Shown piece by piece: positions 10,282 to 23,789 of a DNA stretch of 47,589 nucleotides; within the stretch, counting starts at the first letter, position 1; each line of letters starts with the position of its first letter. Source of the DNA: Priapulus caudatus. Its lineage: Eukaryota. The notes beneath the pieces were generated by a model. It made no database searches, was not told the origin of the DNA, and saw only the letters and a list, made by a program, of their open reading frames with translations. A program made the position numbers and the translations under genes. The stretch is taken from the NCBI RefSeq assembly GCF_000485595.1, contig NW_014577071.1, forward strand, positions 610,942-658,530, read 5' to 3'.

Positions 10282-11619
10282 CTCGGCAATGATGTCCGCC
10301 TGTCAAGCAGACCGAGGGTTACTAAACCCCCAGTGCGAAAAAGGGAGTCTTACATTTTTTTAAACGCTGTCGAAATTATTCGTGTGTTATAAAAGTATTT
10401 TCATGTTCACTGACACCGCGGTAATAATAGCGAGAAAAATCAGCAGCGTTGAATATTTCAGTGTTATATACAATGCACTGCTTTCGTGAGAGAGATTTTC
10501 AGACATCGCGGTAGTCGCGCGTGTATATTGCACGCAGCACGAGTCGTGCTGACTCATCCATCATCGCAAATCTACAAACACGTGACGCAATCAAACACGC
10601 GAAACCGTGCGAAATATAATTTTATAGAGACATCGTGACAGCGCCGGATATGGCCGTCCTAAGATGTGGCGTTAGCATCGGGTCGTGTGCATGCACTGTT
10701 GTCGAGTTGCTGTTGCTGTTGCTTGTTGTTATTTTCTATAACACGTTGTTATACGCAATACGTTTATTACTTACGTTTAAAAAAAAAACTATAATAACGC
10801 GCGCATATTACGTATTCTAAACGTATGTTGTACGCTTATAAAGACAATGGTATGGTACTACGTTATAACACGTCCTTATATGCAATACGTTTGTTATGTA
10901 TGTGTTTAAAGCTAATTGTCCGTTGATATAGGACTGATTCAATTCCATCGCGAACGATTTACTGACGTGTCTTTCATGGACGAATGCAACCACTATAGTA
11001 GCATTGTATTGCAAGTAGTCAAAAATTAACACTTGAGTATGTTTTGACCTTACGCGATATGCGCTGAACAGCGCAGTTGTATGTGTAACATCATCTAGGC
11101 TAGTATTGTAACATTAAACCTTGCAAATACTCGAATATTACATTGCACTGCGTATAGGCAATCATTAAATCAAGGTGCTCTAGTTTATCAAAGCAACGTC
11201 TGAACAGCCTATGTATCCGCAGTTATTTATTGATGACGTACGATATATGCAGGAAGCCATGGCGGTGTGCAGAAACAGTATCGCATATCAACATAAAAAG
11301 GCCGCCAAGGGAATAATACTTTGTAAGCATAACACGCCCTGAAGGCGTGAATGTTTTGTGCGATATAAGGGTTAGTACGAATGAATAATGTACATCGCAA
11401 TAATGTAGAAATGCGCGCATTGAATAAGCGACACGAACGCACGCAGCAGCCATACATACGTATACCCCTCCGCGAACCAACCGAGTCTAAAGACGTACAT
11501 CTATGCAACTTTATGTCGGGTGTACCTATGTACCTTCAGTTTCACCAATAACGCGTCGCGCGGTTGCGTGCGTCAATGAACACAGGTATCCCACCGAGCT
11601 GTATGTAAGAAGCATGATA

Positions 11620-11621
11620 AT

Positions 11622-11687
<66 letters not shown>

Positions 11688-11743
11688 NNNNNNNNNNATG
11701 TGCACACATATATCTCTCTGCTGTGTGTATCACAAGTGAGAAT

Positions 11744-11800
<57 letters not shown>

Positions 11801-11806
11801 CGTGTG
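11620..11806. repeat. Two (TG)n tracts separated by a 10-N gap and ~45 bp of unique sequence
   Basis: Direct reading. Confidence 0.95.
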
Positions 11807-12884
11807 TACAAGAGATGACCGTTGTCGTGTGCCGTCTTCGATTGACGATCGAGGGATGAATAACATGAGTAATTTTATCGAGGCGGTATTACGCTGGTCA
11901 AATACCGCGGCGGTGTGTATAATCCTCATAAAAGAGTCGCAGCTAGCGCGGCCTGTGTGGCAAGAACCCGCTTGTGTGCGATCGCCTCATCATCGGGCAG
12001 GGTCGGGGCGGTGAGAGCGCCTGTAACACGCGCGCTGGTCGCACAGGCGACCCAGTATAGGCGCATGCAAGCGGGTGCGCGTGGGTACTATACAGTATAG
12101 TAATTATATATATATATATAATATATATTATATGTAATTATATACGCTAATAATAGTATTATGCGCTTTAGTTAACTGTTGTAGCCTGTTCGGTTGGTCT
12201 CGCGTTCAAATTTCCACTAAAAGTGAGAAAGTTCTCATGCTGCGGCATGAACGTGTAATCTCGTTAATTAAAATTATTTTTATGCCGACGAGCTGTTGAT
12301 TGGACTCACAGTATCGGGAATGAGAGTTCTTTCTCACTCTTGTTCTCTCACGTGCTCTCTCTCGCTCTCTCTATATATTATATCTCGCGATCTCTCTCCT
12401 CCTTCTCGCGCTCTCTTTCTCTCTTTCTCTCTCCTCCCTCTCGCTCTCTTTCTCTCTCTCCGCTCTCTCTCTCTCTTTCTGGCTCTCTCTCTCTCTCTCT
12501 ATGCAGCGCCAGTCTCGTTCGCCCTTCACGTTTTACGTCCCACTAGAACAAAGCTTTTAGTGGCGAAATGTTGAAAGCGCATCAACTCATCCTTAGCCAG
12601 GCACTCAGGAGAGCATGGCAGCTAGCTAGCTACTGTAGTGCTGTCAAAGTCCTCGTTCGTTCCCGCCCACCACATCACGGCGTGGTGGTGATGGCCATTA
12701 GTACTTATATGACGCGTGATTAATTTATTTCGCGCGCTGATGCAGGTGCCGACGCGGCTTTTCAGCAGCTGCCCGGGTTCGCGTGCGACGCCGTGTTACG
12801 CAGCGCCGACGACACGGCGCTCTATACGTGTCTTTGAACCGCGGGATGCGAGCGCCGCTGTGTTAGCGCTGCAACGCTACAACA

Positions 12885-13022
12885 TGCGTACGCAAAATCC
12901 TGGGCGCGTGCGTACGCAAAATCCCGCGCGCGTGCGTACGCAATGTGCAACGTTGCATGCGTACGCAAGATCTAACGCTGCATGCGTACGCAAGATGCAA
13001 CACTGCATGCGTACGCAAGATC
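12885..13022. repeat. 24-25-bp periodic array with invariant palindromic core TGCGTACGCA (6 copies)
   Basis: Core at 12885, 12909, 12933, 12958, 12983 and 13008. Confidence 0.9.
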
Positions 13023-13541
13023 CCCCGCGCGCGGAAAAACAGCGCGAGTCTCTGCTTCTCCGCCGACGAACCACTGCCAGACGACGTCGCTGCAACTTGA
13101 GTTATCGGCTGTTCTGTCGTCCGTGATGGATGCACGCGCCGAGACGGTATTGCCATTCATCTTGCGCCGGCGACTGTCGAGCCGACCGAGCGAGCGTTTT
13201 CCCGGGAGACGTTCGCGAAGAAGCGCGCACTCCGCCTCAACCTCTTCAGCTATTAGGCATGAGACGGGGTTATCTTAAGGGCCTATCAATGCGAAGCGTC
13301 ACGTTCAGTGAGTGGACTTAATCAATTAGCGCGATTCGTCTAGCGACGGTCCTTGTTGACGACGACGGCGGCCGGGGATGCAGAGATTCGCGCTGCTGCT
13401 GCTGCTGTTCTTGGTGGTGGTGGTGATGGTGGTGGTGGTGATGGTGGTGCTGCTGCTGCTGTTACTGTTACTGCTACTGCTGTTCTTGGTGATGGTGGTG
13501 GTGGTGGTGGTGGTGGTGGTGGTGGTGGTGGNNNNNNNNNN

Positions 13542-13586
<45 letters not shown>

Positions 13587-13819
13587 CGCACACACACACT
13601 GATCACCATTCACCTCTATGAATCAATAGAACGCGCTGTGGTACGCGAACGGAAGCAGAGTGGCTGAGAGTTCTTACTGAAGCGCGCGAGCAATTCACCG
13701 TAGTGAGGGTTTACCGATAACGGGCGTATTGCATTGCTCCTTCGCTCGCGTGTATATAATCAAGCGGCCATTGTACGGTATTCATGAGGGCCGCTCTGGA
13801 AAAAGTCAACACTAAATAT

Positions 13820-13994
13820 ATATGTTAGCTCGTTCATATATACATCTTCGGCCTTCCCTCTCGCCTCGTATGCGCGACTGACTTTAACGTTTCGTCTATC
13901 TAAGGAGTATATGTCAGCTCGTTCAATATATGCATCGTCGGCCTTCCCATCCCCTCTGGTTTGCATGACCGACTTCTAAAGTGCGTCTATCTAA
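13820..13994. repeat. Diverged 89-bp tandem duplication
   Basis: ATATGTTAGCTCGTTCA...TCGGCCTTCCC...CGTCTATCTAA at 13820 and ATATGTCAGCTCGTTCA...TCGGCCTTCCC...CGTCTATCTAA at 13909. Confidence 0.85.
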
Positions 13995-14190
13995 CTTCTA
14001 AGGATAATCTTTCGCATGCTGCTTACGGTTAATCCACTATAAGAACCACTACCTCGTTGTTGTGTAGATACGTAAACACATAATATACAGAGTGGCGTAT
14101 TCTCTCGCGGGGCCTGGATATCATGAGACACAGTCGGACGATCATGGGATGCCGAACAGACGGCGAACAAATCAGATGTGATGCACTTAC

Positions 14191-14258
14191 CATTCCAACT
14201 TCCGACATGCTGCCGATATACAGTACGTGCATGCTGACGTTAACCTGCACTCCCTCGC
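14191..14258 (-). CDS. Rdl: RDL-like exon 3 (68 nt): GEGVQVNVSMHVLYIGSMSEVGM
   Basis: ttttgcag|GC GAG GGA GTG...GTT GGA ATG|gtaagt. 68 nt is the conserved length of this exon in GABA-A/glycine receptor genes. Phase 1 in, phase 0 out. Confidence 0.93.
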
Positions 14259-15120
14259 CTGCAAAACGAAAACGAGAAAGAGATTTTAATATGAATTCGT
14301 CGGGGCGTGTTAAAACGATATTGTTGCAGCTTCGCGCTAAGAGAGAGAGACACACACGTCCTTCGAATTACTGTTAAATGCTTTCTAGGCGGGCGGTTAT
14401 ACTTTGCATAATGTTGACGGTTGGTTGGGAAGGCGCAGGGGAGGGGAGGAGGGGGGGGTGAAAGGTGCATTGGCGACGCGGGTAACGATCGGTCCATTCT
14501 TTTCCGCGGCGTGCGAGCTCACACGTGTACGTAGCATTGACGTCACTTATATACCGCCGCAGTGCTGGGCTGCGCAATGAAAAAGTCGAATTGTGACTGC
14601 CTAAACCATTTGACGAGGTTTCTGCTGGCAGTTTATAGATTTTTCGATGAACAAATACGCCCGTACTGTGGCTACACAACAAGGTTATGCCCTCCGTACG
14701 TGCACGTATTCGTTGTGGGCTTTCGCGGCCTCTCCTAGGCATAATTCACTGTATATTATAGACGTCTATAATAGCTGAATGCCGTAGGTGCGAAAGCAGC
14801 TGTTGGTGCACGCTACCATATCGACGTGCTGCGCTTATACAGCGTACGGCGTTCATCAACCGTGAGAGTGACTTCCACGAGTAGCTATGTTCATAAACGT
14901 CTAGCGCCTAGGAACTTATGGTGCAGATGAACATACAATACATCAATGAACATATGATTATGATGAATGCATGTCATCTATGAACGCCATGTTAATAAAC
15001 GTATGGCGTAGGAATACGAACATATGAAATATGTTATCGTATGACGCACTATAGCAATTGAATTCTATTAATATGGAGTCTATGCTGGTATATGGAGGCA
15101 ATGCTGTTATATAGAGTCAG

Positions 15121-15258
15121 TGAACGCGCGACATAGATGAACGTATAGAGCACGTGAACGTCTGACATCGATGAACGTATCAGGTGTGTGAACGTAGGAC
15201 GTTCATGAACGCACGAAGATTGAACGTATGGAGTCTGTGAACGTCTGACATTGAAGAC
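15121..15258. repeat. Degenerate 17-bp minisatellite with TGAACG core
   Basis: TGAACG at 15121, 15138, 15155, 15172, 15189, 15206, 15221 and 15238. Confidence 0.85.
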
Positions 15259-17170
15259 TGTTAGCTTTCCGTAGCGTAACGGTGTTGCGCCGTCACCATA
15301 TGCCAGTACATTCCTCGCGGGAGCATGTATAACGGCCATTACTAGCGGTAAAAAAACGCATTTCAGTGATTTCATGACGACACGTATACGGTCAATTGCG
15401 TTACTATTCGCTTTTCTGCGGAAAATAGTCGGCAGCAGCGATGTACCTTTATTGAAAAACCAGCCATGCACGCTGCAAACGTTATTCGTGTAACCACGCA
15501 ATTCGTGATAATCGAGTGTAATAATCATGTTGCCAATCAATATGACGCATTAGTTCTGTATATTATAATGTTTATAGGCTAATGCTTTTTCATGTTATAC
15601 CCATACTGGACATATTATATTCCAACAAATTTAATGTAAGGTCAATGACGCGTGAATCCCTACATTGTGCTAATCATAAAATTAATTAGAGTGAGTATTA
15701 GCATACTAGACAAGCGCAAAGTGACAGATTAATTAGCTAAATGACTCATTGCAATTAAAATTCTTATAACATCAGCTCTAAAATCGCATGAAGGGGTTTT
15801 GTTGAGCCTAAACCACTTATGGCTGACCTCCCCTGCTCAATACGATTGATAGTGCAGCACGATAGCAAACAAAACTACACTTAAACACGATTAGCCATTC
15901 TGACTGGTCACCCATGCATTCTTTCTCAATATTTTCGTTAAGTGAAAATAACGCCACTAGGGAGCGTTGCATTCGGCCGCCGCGTATATTCCCCAAAGAT
16001 GGCCGCTCTCCGGTGTTTCTGCTTACTACCTCACTCAAGCTACATTATTGATAATCAACGGGATTGAATTATTTACAAACTAATTACAAAGCTCGAGCGT
16101 TTTCCTACAGTCCCTAGTAAGCGTTAACCTTTCCCGGCGCGCGCAGAGTGTGTGCCAGTAAAACCTGTCTGTCCGCTGTGTATACAGTACACGGCACCGG
16201 TTGAATTCACGCGACCTGATCGGTTTGCGGCTCGGCGTTACGTACCGCATCAGCCATGCCTGTTCGCGCGCGTATATATACGCACGGTCTCGATTCTCCA
16301 CACCGAAGTTCAATTCGCGGCGGCCTTTGCGTGTTCAAGATCCGATCATAGACATATTGTCAGCCCTTCGTGGCTGCTGGCCTGATCAAAAAGCCAATTT
16401 CGCACGGTAAACAGTTGATTTTTCATCGGAGCGTTGGTCCTTTAGACGATCGGAAAATTAACTCGCGCCTGTGGTCGGCAGTGATGTCAAGCGAAATTAC
16501 TACCCCCACCCCCTCACTCCCACCTCCGTTTTCCGTCTAGCTTCATCGTCTTGGCAACGGATAGCTATTGATGTTGGAGTGATAAAATGCGATGTTATCC
16601 CATGCGGCGACGTCGCTCTACCCGCGCACCGACGCCCGCTAATCATATATGCAAAGGAACGTGGCGCGAGCGTCGCCGTGCAGGGTTCGTGCATGAGGAA
16701 ACATTACTGGGGCGCGTGGAGGACATCTTTCCCTATTCACCCACTCACACGCGACTAAAGTCGCTGATTTGATTTTGATCCTTTATGCGTGTTTGTTGAA
16801 TCTCTGTTTGCCTACTTGTAGAATGTGTTGACATAGCGCACTTTTCTCGACTATAACCTAGCCCCTAAAAAATCGCTGTTTAAAAGCTATAGCACTCGCT
16901 CACTCAATCAGCAAGGCGCATTCTATGAAATTATACGCATGGCTTGGGCTGGTTAACGGGAACATTTATCTAATGCAGAATCAGTCATCAGATTCCTCGA
17001 TGGCCAAAACAGATATTGAGCGTCGTTTTAATAGCTGCATTTTCGTAATACAATTTTATATTCGGAGAATACGCGCCATTGGTCGTTCGTATGTAGAAGG
17101 CAGACACGCGTGACTTAGACAAATACACGCACACGCACACGCACATAGGGGCCCACGCAAGCCGCACCTA

Positions 17171-17212
<42 letters not shown>

Positions 17213-17653
17213 TACTACTGATATATATATATATATACATATACACGTATAACTATTTCTCGCTTATATAAAATAGAGGTCGTGGTTCCAGCTGTTGTCG
17301 ATTTAGCATTTAGCTGGAACAAAATGGCGTGCCATGTCGTCTAAGTATCTCACGTTGACCAGTCTTCTACCGTAAGACACATTTAACATATCATGTTTTC
17401 GCTTCAATGAAATGCAGTAGGAATATATTATCTAAACTACTTGATCAATAATTTTTATGCGATTAGCAAGAACTCGTTATAACAGTAGCGATATTACCTC
17501 GTTTCCGATATTAATTACCATGAAAATACATAATTCATATAATGGTATTGTAGCAAATTTATGTGTGATATCTTGTGTTTGTGAACAGTATTATTATTGA
17601 CCTTATTGTACGATTACATTTTCATTTTCGTAACATATATGTTACTCAGATTT

Positions 17654-17737
<84 letters not shown>

Positions 17738-20700
17738 GCTACTACTACTACTGCTGCTGCTGCTACTGCTGCTGCTGCTACTACTACTACTGCTGCTGTT
17801 GATGCTGCTGCTGCTGCTACTGCTATTGCTGTTGTGTCTTGCTCGCACACTACTCTAACGTGACGCGTGATATTTCGGAATGTAAAAATAAAAAGCGAAT
17901 TGTGAGAGAGAGAGCGAGAAAAAAAACGCGCGACATCATAGAATCACTGTATATCTCGCCCGGGGAGTCGCGGACCGGCTAGAATCGGACACGTTAGAGA
18001 GAATAAAAGTATATTCAGCCCCGCGTATATATCGCCCGGCAGGTAATAACGTTTAGAAAATGAGAATTGAAAACTCTCACCGCCGCCGCCGCTGCTGCTG
18101 CTGTTGCTAAAAGCCGCGTCATTATTTCGCGTTGAAATAGAGCATCGACCATTAGCCCAAGCTATTCAGGTATCACTCTCATTCGCTCGACTTGCACGGA
18201 CGCGCTTCATATAAGCTCATCCTCAAGCGAGAGACTAAGTCGACAGTAGTGTCCGTGTCGAAGAGCTTGTCCCGCAGACGATAACAGCTTGTCGATCGTT
18301 ACCATGGCGAACAATGACGCTCCGGTGTTCTGTTGTTTCGCAGACGAATGAGAAGTTACCGACATTGAAGTGCCGGGGGGAAATAACCGGAAGTATATGA
18401 AGTATGGCGGCAGGATGCAACGAAGATTAACATAGAGCTGCTTATAATTAGTCGATCGAAATGAAATTAGCACAACAAAAAACAGCTGCGGCAGAGGCAG
18501 TAGTAACAACAAATGAAAGGACGCAATAATAACATCAAGAAAAATAGTACGAACAGCAACTACAGACGTAGCAACAACAATGGGAGGAATTGAGACAACT
18601 ATGAAGAGAACCGTTTTCGAATGCGACACTAACGACGACAGACAGACGGACAAGCAAACAGACAGACAGATAGACAGACAGGCAGATAGACAGACAGGCA
18701 GAGAGGCAGACCACATAATTATACAACAAAAGAGCAGTTACACTACCAACAAATGTACGCATGAAAATAAAAATAAGAGGTAGCAATACGGTAAAATAAT
18801 GCATTCGTAAACACGTATTCGGAAGAAATATGTAAAGTAAGAAATAGTAAACCCATGTATGATATTCGCAACCCAATAAAATAATTTTTGAAGGTACTCA
18901 TGGCGTAAATTTACATAGCAGAAGAATTTTAAGTACACTTTACCAACGTTTACTGTTACAATTCCGCCAAATAAATCATCTTTACTATTAAATTTGCCGA
19001 CACATGAGTGCGTATATGTTCTATATTCTCAACAGAACTACTCACATGGACGTATGTATGGTGCAATTCTGTATTTCACGAAAACACTAAAACTAGGTTT
19101 AATCGTATGAGATAAGTTACGCTGATATTCCACGCGAATATCCTCATAAAATAGCTCCGACGGTTCAGTTTTCACATCTAAAAATATAAAAAAATGTTTC
19201 TGTAAAACGGAGTAAGCATCGCGGTATATTGGAAAGTCAGATTTATTGTAAATAGGAGCCTCACTAGTATGGGAATAGCAATAGCTAGTACGGGGATGCG
19301 ATTTCCACTTTAGCATTTAATATAGATAATATTTCTGCCGCGAATATTTCCAAATAATTTCAATTATCGGCGAGGACATCCAATGAATAGATTGACGAAA
19401 GTGTGCAGAGGTATGACATTCGAAATGTTTTCGACCTTTACGAAAACGCACACACGCACACGTGCACGCAAAGAGAAAGAGATGGGAAGGGAAGGGGAGA
19501 AAGAGAGAGCGAGGTGAGTGAATGGCGGGGGCATTTATTCGCAGTGACACTGGTCGCGGGACTAAAGCTAATCAGGGGAAAGCCAGTGTGAGAGGCAACT
19601 ATGGTCACACGGAAGACTGGCATGACGGAAATTTGCGCACGGAAAAAATTCGTTGAGAAACATTAGTTCACTATTCTTTCACGGAAATTACATGCAAATC
19701 ATGTCCCGTCCACTGGTAACATTTTATACAATCCCATGCCATTATTAGCAAGATAGTCATGTAAACTGTAGTAGCTGATTAAACGTTAAACGATAAATAA
19801 TTAGAAGCGTAAGATGAAGACGTTGGGAAGAGAGAAGGAGGCGCAGGAACGCAATAGAGAAGGATGGGGGGGGGAACGGGTTGAGAAGAATGCATAAGGC
19901 CGTGAGGGCGACCGTTTCATATCTTAATAATCCTCCTGTGTCCCATTGCCTCATCCGATTCCACTCCATTAACCCTGTTAAATGACCCACCGTTCTACCC
20001 TTCGCTCGCCTTGCTACTATATTCGCATTCTCCTAGTTATTTCTGGGGTCCCAAGAATTAACCCCCTTTCTTCGCATGGTCGATTTTCCTGGGTTACACA
20101 TTTCTAAGTTACCTACTTTCTTGGGACATATTTCTCCACGCCAACCAGCAACACGCCTAGATGGGTGCCCCTGATATAGACTAACAGGATATTAGCCTTG
20201 GCGGGTAACGATCGAGAATTCCTAAAATTGTTTTACATGCTCGTGAGCGATATAGGATTGGCACGGTCTCACTATAGATATCCTCGGCAAGGCATGCCGC
20301 GACGAAACGTCGACGTTTGCTGGGCGTTTTGGTGAGAGAGGGAGGCTCAATATATGGGCTGCTTTACCCGAGTCTTACTAACACTTATATTGATATCATT
20401 TCGAAAGCTAAAATATAGGTCAAATAATAAATTATAAGACTGGGGTAAGCATAGACTGGACCTACTTCATTTTGTATATGTGCAGGCAGTGCCATCGATT
20501 GAGTAATACTATAATTACCACGGCGATAATTCAGGTTTATAATTCAGAATAATTAGCGGCGGTCTACTTGACAATGCTAGCACGAGTATATTCGGGATCC
20601 GCGGACGTGCGTTTTGATTGTTTGAAGGAGTATACTCGTGTTTCGCGCTGAACGTGCTTAAAATATACGGGGCATGCAGCGTCCTACGGAACGCGTATTC

Positions 20701-20934
20701 GCATCGACGTATATTGCTAGGCTACGCTTACGCGCGCTTTATTCCGCAGGAGATTTCATCTCATTAGCATATTGTAATATAACCTCGCCTCCCGGCGGGG
20801 AAGGCGCCATGGAAACGGCTTTCGATGTGAACTGGGCCGTGCTAAGATTATTATAAAGGTAGAGAATGAGCACCGAGGGTACGCGCACGCATGCAGGCGT
20901 CGGCGACGAACTGCGAAGGAAGTGAGATTAACAC

Positions 20935-21078
20935 TGTTCGTTAATCAATGAATGTTTGTTAATCAATCAGTGTTCGTTAATCAATCAGTGTTCGTTAATC
21001 AATCAGTGTTTGTTAATCAATCAGTGTTCGTTAATCAATCAGTGTTTGTTAATCAATTAGTGTTCGTTAATCAATCAG
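20935..21078. repeat. 18-bp minisatellite (TGTTYGTTAATCAATCAG) x8
   Basis: 144 bp, eight near-identical units. Confidence 0.95.
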
Positions 21079-22032
21079 ACTGATTTCAAATCTCTCTTTG
21101 TCTACGTCTAATTGTACGTCTGAGCAGCTCGCGCGAAACTTGCTACGCCCAATAAACAGACACGCTATATATAAAAGGGGAGACAATGGAATCTCTACGT
21201 ATAGGCATAAAACAAGCGAGATTACTCCGGCGGCCATTTTGGTAGTCGAAGATTTCGATATCATATATATATATATATGCTTTACCACCCTATGACTATG
21301 ACGTATTTATCTACCAAGGGAATGACTATCCCTAGCATATGCAGTAGATGCTAGTTCTAGGGCTTGGAATGTGCAATAAAAAATATGCCACCACATTGCG
21401 GATACATTAAGTTGTCGGCAGCACCGCATCAGTGCAAACAAAATGAGAACACATCGTGTGGTGGTGTTACTGCAGACTTTTACAGCGAGCGTAAATCTTC
21501 TACTACAAAATGCCGCCGTCCGTCCGTAACACAAGACGAAACCTACGCAAACAAAATGGCCGCGTTCTCGAATCGCCGGATCCGAAAGTGACGTCACTCG
21601 CTGTCGCGTGAACAGCGGCGTATAACACGTCATCGAGATGCGTCGACGATCGCTTCCGATAATACAGATCAGCATCGGGCGTCGGGCGTCAGCACTGTTT
21701 TTCGTTTGCGATCTGAAACCTCCGACCCACACCAACCAAACCAAAAAAACGTGTAGCAAAACCCCGCGAGGCGCGCGCGCGTGTATACAGCGTATACACG
21801 GGGAAGAGGGGGGAAGGGGGTGGGGGAAGAAGCGAGGAAAATCGTGACAAATCCTTTCCCCCACAGGTCGCGTCTAAGAGAGGAAAGATATCCTAGCTCG
21901 GCTCCTCGCACCGTCTGGTTCTGATGTTTCAGCCTCCGTAGCGTGATACGGCGGGCACACCACCGGCGGCACACCGTGTCAGCACCGCATCTGCAACTCG
22001 TTTTGAAATTCGGTACACCGCCGATAGTAATC

Positions 22033-22648
22033 ATGCAAGGCAGGCAGGGGAGGCATGCAGGCAAGGCAGGCAGGGGAGGCATGCAAGGCAGGCAGGGGAG
22101 GCAGGCATGCAAGGCAGGCAGGGGAGCCATGCAAGGCAGGCAGGGGAGGCAGGCAGGCAAGGCAGACAGGCGAGGCATGCAAGGCAGACAGGGGAGGCAG
22201 GCAAGGCAGGCAGGGGAGGCAGGCATGCAAGGCAGGCAGGGGAGTAAGGCAGGCATGCAAGGCAGGCAGGGGAGGCATGCAAGGCAGGCAGGGGAGGCAT
22301 GCAGGCAAGGCAGGCAGGGGAGGAAGGCATGCAAGGCAGGCAGGGGAGGCAGGCAGGCAAGGCAGGCAGGGACGGCAGGCATGCAAGGCAAGCAGGGGAG
22401 ACAGGCAGGCAAGACAGGCAGGGGAGGCATACAAGGCAGACAGGGGAGACAGGCATGCACGGCAGGCAGGGGAGGCAGGCAGGCAAGGCAGGGGTGGCAG
22501 GGGAGGCATGCAAGGCAGGCAGGGGAGGCAGGCAGGCAAGGCAGGCAGGGGAGCAAGGCAGGCAAGGCAGGCAGGGAAGGCAGGGAAGGCAGGCAAGGCA
22601 GGCAGGGGAGGCATGCAAGGCAGGCAGGAAAGGCAGGCAGGCAAGGCA
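22033..22648. repeat. GGCA-based minisatellite (ATGCAAGGCAGGCAGGGGAGGC-like, 22-26-bp units)
   Basis: Direct reading; it generates the spurious QGRQGR and PCLPCM ORFs. Confidence 0.95.
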
Positions 22649-23550
22649 ACGCCGAGAACAGAACTGTGGTTAGCTCATCAATCGAGAAAATCCGGCCACG
22701 TCTAGAAGAACGTTGCGAAGCTGCGAAGCTTCGGCTAATTTATTGCCATCCGTTACCATGCGCGCGCGAGAGAGAGGGAGAGAGGGGCAGAAAGAGACAG
22801 GGGGCAGAGAGAGGGGGCAGGGAGAGAGAGAGAGAGAGAGAGAGCGTCATGCAGAGAAAGAGAGGGGGAAAGAGAGTAGAGGGAGAAAGAAAGAGAGACA
22901 CAGAGAGAAACACGACATTCATATACAAACACAACCACACTCTTTTGTTGTCGATCGCTGAACATACAACCGTAACGAAGCACATCAGAGGTCGATCAAG
23001 CTATAGCTCGTAGCAGAGCCCTATATGAGTTTAACAGCCTCGACTTGTTAACGTGGCAAACATTTACTATTCTCAGCCAATACCAGTCCTCATGCAAGGA
23101 CAGCCACCCTCCCTCGCTCTGCCGATATTTCGCACAATGGCCAGCTCTATACAAATGTAAAAAGCGCATAGAAAAAATACACAATAAAATGTCGACCGTT
23201 AATTAACGTACGAGCGATATCTAATGACCTACAGTATGGTACAGTGCAGCTGTTACAAATTAATTTACGAAAAGCCAATCGACTCGACGATTCGCAGCGG
23301 GCGCATGCGCAGTAACGGACGCAAAATGCGCTTTTCATTGCGGTCTACGCAAGATTTATTTAGCAACAGAAACGGCCGGCTATATTATTTTAATTTATTC
23401 TTGTCAAAACATCGCGCAGCCGTTTGATGTGTCAACGTTGAATTTCTCCGCGTGCTCTCGCCCGACAATTGAGAGCACATTTCGCTATTTCATTTCTATC
23501 CGAAACCATATACGCTACTCTATGGTTTACTCTAAACGATCGCAAACTCC

Positions 23551-23613
<63 letters not shown>

Positions 23614-23789
23614 GCGCGCGCACTAACGAACGCACAGATTAATCACAAATTTTATCTCCGGCGAACATGAACGGTTGCGCAAGCTTTCTATCATCTCAGA
23701 CATATAACTGACGGCGCGTGGGCTGCTGGCATGTGCACGCAGTTCCTGCCTGAAACGAACGACAAATGGCATCATGCCCACATGCGCGA

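Noticed and set aside
10186..10392. Poly-Leu/poly-Ala ORFs as a signal peptide or polyQ exon
   Set aside because: Pure (CTG)n tract without flanking coding context.
12885..13022. CRISPR array interpretation
   Set aside because: Repeat (10-11 bp) and spacers (13-14 bp) are too short, the spacers are related to each other, there are no cas genes, and the context is a eukaryotic intron.
21669..23013. Long ORFs (326 and 356 aa; PCLPCM and QGRQGR repeats)
   Set aside because: They are translations of the GGCA minisatellite, open in many frames on both strands, with no non-repetitive domain.
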